DNA of 64,000 nucleotides from Mytilus trossulus (taxonomy: Eukaryota): the NCBI RefSeq assembly GCF_036588685.1, contig NC_086380.1:30008001-30072000 (forward strand). The letters run 5' to 3'. Under the pieces are notes generated by a model, which was not told where the DNA came from, ran no database searches, and saw nothing but the letters and a program-made list of their open reading frames with translations. Position numbers and translations under genes: made by a program. Of the stretch, positions 51,610 through 62,100 are shown piece after piece (the stretch's first letter is position 1; each line of letters starts with the position of its first letter).

Positions 51610-54600
51610 TCACCTATCCTCTTCATGCCGGTCGGCATTTAAGGCCCTGATACATTCTTTCCATTTTACACGGTCTTTAGCTGTTGTTCTTGCTGTAGCC
51701 CAGCTGTTCCATCCAAGTGATGTTCTTTCAGTCTCTACAGTCCGTCTCCAGGTGGTTTTGGGACGTCCAACTTTCCTCTTTCCCTCAGGTTTCCATGTGA
51801 GTGCAACTGAGCATATTCTGTTGGTATCCATCCTTAGTACATGACCAATCCATCTCCATCTTCGTTCTATTATATCATCACTTAGCTTTTTTGTTCCAGC
51901 TTTTAAGTGAAGGTTTTCGTTGGATACTTTATCAGGCCATCTTATTTTTAGTATCTGTCTTAGACATCTGTTTTGGAAGGTGTTTACTTTCTTCTTGTCT
52001 TGTTCGGTGGTTTTCCAGGTTTCACATCCATATAGAAGGACTGATGTGACTAAGCTGTTAAATAGTCTGACCTTTGTTTTAAATGACAGTACTGATGATC
52101 TCCAAATTTTTCTTAGCCTGCTAAATTGGCCTTTAGCTTTCTTCAACCGGTTGTCCATGTCATTGTCACATCCACCTTTTGTTGTTATTATTCCTCCTAG
52201 GTAAGTGAAGGTATCGACATCTTCTAGGTCTTTCTCATTTAACTTCACTGGGTTGTTATTTGTGGTGTTCATCCGCATTACTTTTGTTTTAGAGGTGTTA
52301 ATCTTAAGTCCTATTTTGCTGGCATTCTCTTGAAGTTTATCTGTTTTCAGTTGTATGTGTTGGAAATTGGAAGAAAGTAGTGCTAGGTCGTCAGCAAAAT
52401 CAAGGTCCTCTAGTTTGGTGGTAAATTTCCATCTGATTCCTGTTTCATGGTCTTTAATCGTTTGTTTCATGACATAGTCAATGGCTAATAGAAATAAGAA
52501 ACCAGACATCACACATCCTTGTTTTACTCCTGTTTTTACTTTAAACCATTCCGATTGTATTCCTTCGTCTATGACTGCGCACTCAAATGAGTCGTAAAAG
52601 AGTTTTATAACTGTGATGAGTTTGTCTGGAATGTGGTAAGCTTTTAAGATGGACCATAAGCTTTCCCTGTGGATGGAGTCAAACGCCTCTTCAAAGTCTA
52701 CAAAGTAGAAGTATAAAGGAGCATTCCATTCTGAACATTGTTCAATGATGTTTCTTAATGTGAAAAGTTGTTCTGTAGTGCTTTTACCCCTTCTGAAGCC
52801 AGCTTGTTCTTGTCTCAGTTCTTCATCTATTCCTTCTTGTATTCTTTGGATGATGATCTTAGTGAATACCTTACTTGGCACAGAAAGTAGTGTTATGCCT
52901 CTGTAGTTATCGCAGCATGTTCTATCACCTTTCTTTACTATTTTAACTATCAGACCTTTATTCCAATCTTTTGGTATTTCATCTCCAATCCATATCATAT
53001 TGTACAGTTTATGTAAATACTTGATGGTTGTTATTGAATCTGCTTTTAGTATCTCAGCTGTTATGCCATCTATACCTCCTGACTTCCCATTTTTTAATCT
53101 TTTCAATGCTTTTGAAATTTCCTCTTTCGTGATTGGACCTGTATCTATACCTCTTTCCTCGATTTCATAGTTTAAATTGATGTTAACTGGTATTTCAGGC
53201 TCAGGTCTGTTCAAGACTTCTTGAAAGTGTTCTTTCCATCTTTTTAGTTTTTCATCATGGCTAGATAATGGATTTCCAGACTTATCTTTGATGACTTGAG
53301 GTGGTTTCTGTTTTTCATTGCAAATTGTTCTTGTTACTTCGTATACAGTTTTCATCATGCCATTGCTTGCTGCTTTTTCTGCTTCTTCTATTAAGTTGTC
53401 TGTCCATTGCCTTTTGTCATTTCTCATACTTTTCTTCACCTCCTTGTCTTTGTCACTGTACTTGGCATGTAAGTTGTTCTTAACTCGTTCTGATCTACTG
53501 CTGTTAGTTCTTTCCTTTAGTTGTCTTCTCTCATCTACAAGTTTCCATGACTCATTGGAGATCCAGGGCTTTTGCCCACGCTCTTTGAAACCTAGGGTGT
53601 TAGTTGCTGTTTCTTTATAGCATTTTGTTATACCTTCCCAGAATGTTTCTATGTCCTCTAGCTCGTCTAAGAGTTGGAACCTGTTCTTCAACTCGATTGA
53701 AAATGCTTTTCTTATTTCTGGACGTTGTAGTTTGGTGGTATCGAATCTCTTTCTTGAAGTATCTGTTATTATTTTGTATTTCTTAAGTTTGATTCTTAAT
53801 TTGCATTTGAGGAGTCTGTGATCGCTGCCAATGTCTGCTCCTCTCATAGCTCTTGTGTCCAGTATTGATGTTCTGTGTTGTCTTGTAACCAGGATATGGT
53901 CTATTTGATTTTCTGTTTTCTTGTTTGGTGATATCCATGTTACTTTGTGTTTGTCTTTGTGTGGAAAGATTGTGCCAGTAATGACTAAGTTGTTCCTTTG
54001 ACAAATATCAAGGAGGTTTTCTCCATTTTCGTTTCTTCTCCCTATTCCATGCCTTCCCATGATGTTCTCATGACCTTCATTGTTCATTCCAACCTTTGCA
54101 TTAAAATCTCCCATTACTAATAGGATGTCATGTTTAGGTGTTCCTGCTATGACTCTATCTAGCTGTTCTATGAAGCTTTCTTTTGTTTCATCTGTAGCAT
54201 CGTTGGTCGGCGCATATACAGTGATGATACTTATTTTAATGGTTGATGTGTGGAATCTGGCATACATTAGTCTCTCAGTGATTGGCTTCCATTCAATCAG
54301 TGCCTTTTTTGCTCGACTTGACAGCATCATTCCAACTCCTGCCTGATGTATTCCATCATTCCTGCCTGAATATAATAATACTTTGCCATTTTGAAGTGTA
54401 AGCTTTCCACTGTCTAGCCATCTGACTTCGTTTAAGGCCAATATTTCTATATTGTATCTGTCCATTTCTCTCTCCACTTCTGCAGTTTTACCTGTGGCAT
54501 ACATAGTTCTTACATTCCAACTGCCTAGAAGTATATTATCTTTTGGTGTACACAAGGGTGTTAGCTTGTGGACTTCCCGTGGGCTTTCATCCACCAGCGT

Positions 54601-54684
54601 CATGTCCCTTAAACCATGTTGTTCAGCAGAGGTGTTATCCTCATGCTGATTTCTAAATGTATTTTGGGTTTCCGTAATCATCAT
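51610..54684 (-). CDS. RTE retrotransposon ORF, AP endonuclease plus reverse transcriptase (1024 aa, uninterrupted)
   Basis: GSWNVRTM, ALNEVRW, YAPT, MGDFNAKVG, NQIDHIL and GSDH (APE); NYRGITLL, EQAGFR, DFEEAFD, GVKQGCVMS, LDFADD and FTYLG (RT); C-terminal RRWRWIGHVLR...GRPKTTW. Confidence 0.95.
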   Translation of the reverse strand: MMITETQNTFRNQHEDNTSAEQHGLRDMTLVDESPREVHKLTPLCTPKDNILLGSWNVRTMYATGKTAEVEREMDRYNIEILALNEVRWLDSGKLTLQNGKVLLYSGRNDGIHQAGVGMMLSSRAKKALIEWKPITERLMYARFHTSTIKISIITVYAPTNDATDETKESFIEQLDRVIAGTPKHDILLVMGDFNAKVGMNNEGHENIMGRHGIGRRNENGENLLDICQRNNLVITGTIFPHKDKHKVTWISPNKKTENQIDHILVTRQHRTSILDTRAMRGADIGSDHRLLKCKLRIKLKKYKIITDTSRKRFDTTKLQRPEIRKAFSIELKNRFQLLDELEDIETFWEGITKCYKETATNTLGFKERGQKPWISNESWKLVDERRQLKERTNSSRSERVKNNLHAKYSDKDKEVKKSMRNDKRQWTDNLIEEAEKAASNGMMKTVYEVTRTICNEKQKPPQVIKDKSGNPLSSHDEKLKRWKEHFQEVLNRPEPEIPVNINLNYEIEERGIDTGPITKEEISKALKRLKNGKSGGIDGITAEILKADSITTIKYLHKLYNMIWIGDEIPKDWNKGLIVKIVKKGDRTCCDNYRGITLLSVPSKVFTKIIIQRIQEGIDEELRQEQAGFRRGKSTTEQLFTLRNIIEQCSEWNAPLYFYFVDFEEAFDSIHRESLWSILKAYHIPDKLITVIKLFYDSFECAVIDEGIQSEWFKVKTGVKQGCVMSGFLFLLAIDYVMKQTIKDHETGIRWKFTTKLEDLDFADDLALLSSNFQHIQLKTDKLQENASKIGLKINTSKTKVMRMNTTNNNPVKLNEKDLEDVDTFTYLGGIITTKGGCDNDMDNRLKKAKGQFSRLRKIWRSSVLSFKTKVRLFNSLVTSVLLYGCETWKTTEQDKKKVNTFQNRCLRQILKIRWPDKVSNENLHLKAGTKKLSDDIIERRWRWIGHVLRMDTNRICSVALTWKPEGKRKVGRPKTTWRRTVETERTSLGWNSWATARTTAKDRVKWKECIRALNADRHEEDR

Positions 54685-54977
54685 TTTTTTATTCTGTCTG
54701 GTGATTAGCCATACGAGAAACCTACTACCTGTAGGATGGAGTTTTGTTGTCTAGGTTTTCCTTCCCATAGATGGTTGCCTGCCATGGCTGACGAGTTCCA
54801 TCTTCCCGGCTTTTCTTTCTGGGTCTGCTCCCATAGCCTTTTGATCTTCCCAGATCTAACCACAAGGCAGCGGTACTATTTACCCATAGTTGGGACAAGG
54901 TTGATGAGTGCAAGGGCGTGTCCACACGCCGGTGGGCCTACACACTGCATCTCTAGGGCCCTTGCTGCTCCGAGATC

Positions 54978-55203
54978 CTCTACAATAATGCCTAGAATGC
55001 TAGATCCTAGTTACCATGTGCTGTCGCGGGGAGGCATTGTAGAAGTCTTGAATAGTGTAGAGGCTATGTACTGGCAGACAGACTTACGCACTCGGCTTTC
55101 TTTTCACCCACAAAGCAGGCTAGCCAGCGGTGATAGAGAGCCTATAGCCCTAATCACACTAGTAGACGCATACACAATCCTGTGGTACATACCACCAGCA
55201 CAC
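54978..55203 (-). ncRNA. HDV-like self-cleaving ribozyme fold at the 5' end of the RTE
   Basis: P1 GUGUGCU (55203-55197)/AGCACAU (55022-55016) with G1-U wobble; P2 UUCUACAA/UUGUAGAG; P3 GCC/GAC; L3 UCCCCGC; P1.1 GG; P4 CUAGGAU/AUUCUAG; putative catalytic C at 54990. Confidence 0.7.
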
Positions 55204-55409
55204 TTCGGTACTGGCATGAAAATACGGATTTTTTTGTGTTATTAAAATTTGCTGTTACAAAATATTATAAATTATTATAAATTAAGGAATGTATCTCCCT
55301 CATGCAAAGCTCTGATTTCTTTCATGGATTTAGCTATACTTTTTGGACCCTTTGGATTTAGCTCTTCATCTTTTATATAAGCTTTGGATTTCAAATATTT
55401 TGGCCACGA

Positions 55410-55453
55410 GCATCACTGAAGAGACATGTTTTATCGAAATGCGCATCTGGTGC
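55410..55453 (+). ncRNA. Minimal type I hammerhead ribozyme in a retrozyme-like repeat (host ~51562-51600 plus 55204-55480); degenerate copies at 13762-13812, 24171-24212 and 44271-44312
   Basis: GCAUCA-CUGAAGA-GAC..AUC-GAAA-UGCGCA-UC-UGGUGC: stem I GCAUCA/UGGUGC, conserved core, palindromic stem III, AUC cleavage triplet ending at 55447. Confidence 0.75.
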
Positions 55454-56142
55454 AAAAAAGTTGGTACCGTTAATTTTATTATACATGGTTATAAATCAAT
55501 ATGAGAATTCGAGAAAAATCGATGAACATGAATTTGACAGCTATATATATATATATATAGTGCCCCATAAAACAACATAGATTGGATATTGCTAGGTCTG
55601 TTAAATTTCATATAATAGATTAAAACTGTCTGTTAATTGTCGTTTTTTACCTGTGTTAAAATGATTTTTTGTGGATCGAATCAGCCTGCTCAGTCAAATA
55701 CCGGTATACCCTCTGGGTAAGGGGTAATTAACTGAAAGAATATTATTAAGATGATAAATAAAATTTGACATTTACGCCAGACGATAAATATATTATTATT
55801 TTAAAACACAAGTTAAAGATATATCATAATACGACAGGGTATTATGCTGATATACATAATCAATAAATTATAAAATATCATGTAAATAAATGTTTCAATT
55901 TTTTTCTATCAATATTAACTTTCATGTCGCTAAAATTGTTTTCTTTTGCATATTCTTTTAATAATTATTTGGAATAAGTAATTTTAATTAAAATCATATG
56001 TTTTCTTAAAAAGTTTCTTGTCGCTTCTTGTCGCCTTTTTTCGCTTCTTGACGACGCTTCTTGGCGCTTCTTGTTTCTAATTAGTGAGACCTCTGCTGAG
56101 GAACTCTTTTGTGTAGGAGATTCGATATGGCGGCAGTTGAAA

Positions 56143-59100
56143 ATGGCTGCCAAATTAAAAACTGTAAAAATTACTTACGGAGAATTGGAAAATATTGTTG
56201 AAAGGAAGTCTGAAAATAAACCTAATAGCCATCAAAAGGACAAAATTAATGGTAATAAATCATAATTTATCCAGTATTTGACCGAAAACCTAGTTTTTAA
56301 TGATCACCCGACGCGTTACAGTTTCACAACATGAAACATGAGAGACAAAAAACGTTGCTTGACAAAACGAAAGTACTCAATTATAACGAAGATCTTACTG
56401 TCTAGCGACTGTGATTTACACATAGTTCATTGAGGTCTAAATTAAGAAGTTGGATATCATATCAATTGATCAAAAATTAACACAACAAATACTGAGGCCA
56501 AAAAAGCGGGCAAAACCGAAAATTTGGGAATTTATTAGGTTTCCTCTCGTAAAAAAGAAATGAATATGGCTTAGATTTGTCAATTGAAAATAAAACTTAC
56601 CAAATCTTAGAAAGGTTATTGTTATCTTATTCCCTAAGAGGTTCGTCATACATGTCATAAGACATGGGGCACAGGGAGTCATTACCATAACAAATTTCAA
56701 GAATGGACAAATGTTTGTTTACGTTGTTAATTAGTTAAAATATTGGAATGAGAAGAAGAAAATATCTACATACTATTAACAGGGCTTTCAATAAGTAAAA
56801 ATTTAGAAGTAGGAGGATAGAAACAAAAAATAGAAGGCCCAATAACGGGGACGGAGAAGCCGGCCGCGACAACGAGCTTGCTCGTACATGTAGAAACCTA
56901 AGCCTGTTCAAGGGCTCCGTAATTTTTTTTGAAATGGTGGAAAATCCTGCATTCTGGGAATCTCCTGGACCCTGTTTCAGTCCTCTCAAAACATCATTTT
57001 TTTTAATGAGCATAATGTAAATGTTTGATTTAAATTCGTAGCATGGTTGGATTTTCTGTAAATGTTGATTACATTTATGCATTTGATCCAGACTTCAACT
57101 TAAAGCTTGTATTTGAAGTTGTTTGAGAATAGCAATGACATGGTGATAATATAGGGAAAGATCCACATCCAATCATATTTATTCATTAATAAAATTTTAT
57201 TATACTTGAACTTCTTGAGTTGATTTGTATTGATTTTCATTTCAGGTATAAAGGGTGAAAAACTGAAAATTATCAATTCTTCATCTTATGTTTTACTGCC
57301 TAATATTACCAAAACTGTATGAATTCAACTCTAGTAAATTATATATAAAATGAGTAAAATTTGATGTACCCTAAATACTTTTTACATGGAAGGTAAACTA
57401 TAAATTATCCCAAGACTTTATGTAAATTTTTAATTTGAACTATGATCAATTATGAACATTCACAGACAAATCAAGGTAAACATATAAAAATGGAAGATGT
57501 GGCATGATTGCAAATGAGACAACTATCCACAAGAGACCAAAATGACACAGACATTAACAACTATAGGTCACTGTACAGCCTTCAACAATGAGCAAAGCCC
57601 ATGGTGATAATGATTATGTCAGATGATGGATCTGCTTAATTAAAGAAAAATATAATTGATATTGATTAAAATCTTGTATTTTTAATTGGCTTAACATTGT
57701 TGTTTCTAACAGTCAAAGTTGCTATCATCCTCACTCTCTTCATCACAGTCATCTGATTCATTAGCAATGATTAGTAATCCCCAGAATTGTAAAACATTGA
57801 AAACAGATTTGTTAAAGGCAAAAGCTCAAACTGAAATGGTTTTAAGAGAATTTTGTCCATCTGATGAGCTAATAGGTATAGGAAAATGTGGTGTGACTGT
57901 GCCAATGAGACAACTCTCCATCCAAATAACAATTTAAAAAAAAAGGTAATCCATTAGGCCAAAAAAAAAAAATAGGTGTGTTTCCGGTCGCCCGACCGAC
58001 CCTAATTTTTTGGCGCCGACCCCGGAAAAAAAAATCTGGATTTTTTTCGTTTTTTTCCGGAAACGGTTTTTGTTTAGTAAAGCCTTTGAATGGCATCTTT
58101 TAAACGTTTGATTTCAAATAAAATTTTAATACAGTAAGCATTTGTGTGATACAGATTGAAGTCAAATACCTACCTACCGACCCTAATTTTTTGGGGCATG
58201 CAACAGGAAACACACCTATTTTTTTTTTGGCCTTATAGGTCAATGTACGGCCTTCAACATGGAGCCTTGGCTCACACCGAACAACAAGCTGTATTATTTT
58301 GTGATTCAATTAATAGCAAGAATAAACATGATGTAAACCATCCAGCGTTTCAGAAATATTATTTCAGAAATTTGAATAATGATTTTGCCTCATTTACACA
58401 TTAGTTTAAAAGCAGTCGTTGGCATGATACCACATCTTCTTTTTTATATTAAGGACTTAAAATTGAAAATTCCACAGTGATAGACCATGTGATATGCTTC
58501 TTTTGTAAACCAGATCAGTATTAATTTGATTGTAAAGTATAAAATTTGAGGGAATTACGTATACATACCATTTGAAAAAACTCAGATTATCAAGTTGCAG
58601 TTGATTGATAATTGTTGTTGTTATTTGGCATGCAATTATGATCTGCTTTAAACTTGTACTAATACTTGTTTAAAAGGTGGATGCTGATTGCCTTAATCAT
58701 CAAAGACATGTGTTCAAATGTTAAACTGGTGCAACTTTTTTTAGCCTATAGACATGATAAATTAAAATATATAGATTTTTGTGATTTTATTATAATTACT
58801 GAATTAGATAATCGTGTTAATAAGAAAAATGCTCTTATGTTTTCAGAGAAAAAAAGAAAAACAAAAAGACCAGAAATAGGAATATATCGTCCACCAAGTC
58901 TTTTAAAGCAGAAAAATCCAGTAGAAGATGTAGACAGTGGCCAACAACAGCTAAATGAGCAAGGGGAAATCTGGGAGGAAGAAGAACACAGTACCAGTTC
59001 TACCACAAACAGTAAAGAAAACAGTATTGAAAGAGAGGTATAAACAAATTATTTTTAAAGAATAAGAACATGTGGTATGAGGGTTTGGATGGGGTTAAAT

Positions 59101-62100
59101 GATTAAAGGGGTTAATTTTTTTTTGAAGATTAGAGAAAAAAGGGGTGAAAATTATTTTTTTTCAGAATAACAGACCCCCCATCCCCCATCCAGACCCTTG
59201 TGGTATGATTGCCAATTAGGCAACTCTCGAAACAGAGAAAAACTGACATACATAAAAGTTAACAATTATAGTCTATAGGTTGCAGTACAGCCTTCAAAAA
59301 TGAGCATTTTTATGGCCTTAATAAATATCTCACATCTACAGTACTGTTCAAAAATATCGATTCGATAACTTTTTTCTCCGATTTCCGATTTTCTCGGAAT
59401 CACACCGAGTACCGCGGATTTCACTCCTAAAATCCTCCAAAGATTCTCTCCCAACACCGCGTGGCTGTTAATTGGTTTATTGCCCATCGGATGTACTTCA
59501 AATTAACGACGCGTGACAACATAATTGGATTACCCAGATAATTTACCTTTGAACATTTAATCGATCTTGGTTGCACAGGTGTGCTTTAAAATCACGGTAT
59601 TATAAATTGAACAAATGTTTTCCTTTCTTTGACAGATAAAGATGTGACAATATCATTTAGAATAAGATATAATTATTATCTTTTATATTTGTGTCTTATG
59701 CCGTTATCTTTAAAAATAGAACGTACATACGAAAAAGTATGAAGAAAATTGTTATTTTGTGTTTCTATTACAGTCCGGTCAGGTCATACATTGTGTTCTT
59801 TCAGCAAGGACGATTTTGCCACAATTAGTTTCTTTTATAACTTATTCAATAAGCAATATCAGCGCATTAATTGTTCATTATTAAAAAATCAACTGGCTAA
59901 TAAAATCATGTTTTTTTTCGGTAACCCGATTCATCGGATTATCAAGTAAACTTAATTTATTGAGCAATGTAAAATATGATGTTTCACCACCTCGGTACAT
60001 TTATACAGACTTGAATAATTCAAATTACGAACAGAAACTGTTAAATGACAACTCTGTTGACAATGAAATAATTTCAAGTGATATTGATAGTGCTCGTCAT
60101 TTTCGCATTTTACGGAACGGTTTTCAAATTGACGAAAGTATTTATATCAATTTCGTCAAGTGAAAAATATTTTCACATTAATTATATTATAAATGTACTA
60201 TAATTCTACCGGTGTTTGACAAGTTTATGACGCTCAATCATTTTACGTTTACAAAAGATGTTAAAAGTTGTGATGATAAGTAATCCGCTTATCGCTATCC
60301 GATAGGTCACTAATCCTTTAATTATTAATAAAATTTATCAAACCTCATAATTGCCCATCATAATATTCTATTCCAGTTAAATCAGTCATCATTTTATTTT
60401 CAAAATTTCCCAACCGCCTACAATTGGCATTTCTTTATCGTATTATCATGATTATTGTCATTTGAATACAATCAGTCACCCCGGACAATTTCCATCATAA
60501 TTTCAATTAATACATCACCAACTGTAAATCTATATTATTGACCATGGACATATAACTAATGTACTTTCTTTTTTGAAAGATAAAACATTAAAATTCAAAT
60601 AGTTAAAAATGTGTTCACGTTTATTCGGATAAGAATTATATTTTCCCGTTAAATCAATTGTAAAAGGACCTTCTGGAGCCTCAATACGATTGCACAAAAA
60701 TGTCGTTCTGCAACTTTAGAAACCTTGAATGGACTTTCCCACGGTCGGCCAGAAAGGTCACCTGAGTTTACTAGTACGCGATATTTTTTCCCGCCCTTTA
60801 AAAAACTCGTGCTGTGGATAACATTGATGTTAACTATTTTTAGCATTTAACATTGTTAAGTAAGTCAAGTTCAAGTTCAACCCAAACTGTTGATAACTGA
60901 GATGTGTATCGTGGAATTGTCTTCGCACGGCAAATAATTGTTTTTAAAATCTTTTGTTGAAAATACACAAATTTACATTCATTGTGCGAAAGTTAATATT
61001 AAACAAAGACGAATTAATGCAGCTGGAAGTATTCCTGTTGTAACGAAAATGTATTATTATTCTGCTGTACTGCCAACAAATCGTAAAACGAAAATGCCGT
61101 AATTGTTATGCATAACGAATGGTGAATAATAGTTTCCTTTTAACTTGAATATACAAAACTTTCAAACACGTAATTTTATTTAACAGCTCAGATTAATTTA
61201 GCGAAAGTTACAGGTTATTTTTACACAAGTATGCTCATTTCGTAAATAAAATATTAATTTACTGGTGAAGACATCGAGGTCAAAATTAAGTAGTTTTCAT
61301 TTTTTATAAAACTTAAATACAATTGAAAGAATTAACAACAACATTTTGCTTTTAAATCTTTTATTCATTCCAGTAGTTAGATAATCGTAAAAAGAAAATG
61401 CCGTAGATTTACACAATTAATACGGGGCAATCATTTTGTCTAATGAATGGTGAATAAATTTTCCTTTTTACTTGCATATATAAAACTTTTAGACTTATAA
61501 TTTTTAAATAAAGACTTTAACTTTGAAGTAGAATATTTTGTTTTTCACATATTCCGCTATATTTTATAATCGTTTTTTTTTAAAGCAAGTACATTAAGGT
61601 TAAGATATTTTTAGATGGGCTGACAAAAAATACGAAAATATTTTGACTTTAGTTTTTATTACCACAAATAAAATTTAATTAGTATAAAAGACATTTAAAA
61701 TTATACACCTGTTTGACACTTAAACTGGTACAGTAGACCGGAAATATAACTCTTTATTACTTCAACCTTTACCTGTCAGGTAATCCAATTACCCATTCAG
61801 TCTTGTGCCGGTATACATCAAAGTAGGATAAGGGCAATTAATTCCTCGGTGTAGAGAGTGAGCTCGTTATCACAATAAACATTTACCTGATTTTGGGAGA
61901 GATTACTCCCAAATTCCTCCCAACATTTTGGGAGGAATATCGGAGTTTGTCGGAGTGGCTCCGACATTTTCCTCGGTGTAGGGTGTGGGAGAGTTGGTAC
62001 TCTTGAACTGTACTGTACTACATTTATGCCAATTTAATTTATGATTATATCATGCAGCTGTAATGAAATATTATAACAAAGTTTCCTGAATTTTTTTTCA

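Larger units (their letters stand above)
51601..55203 (-). mobile_element. Full-length RTE-clade LINE
   Basis: Single APE+RT ORF; (AGGTG)3 tail at 51601-51615; direct repeat ACTTCGGT at 51593-51600 and 55202-55209; ~520-nt 5' UTR. Confidence 0.93.

Noticed and set aside
51545-55245. Plus-strand ORFs over the RTE, including 54736-55245 (169 aa)
   Set aside because: Antisense shadows of the RTE ORF and its GC-richer 5' UTR; no recognisable domain or splice structure.
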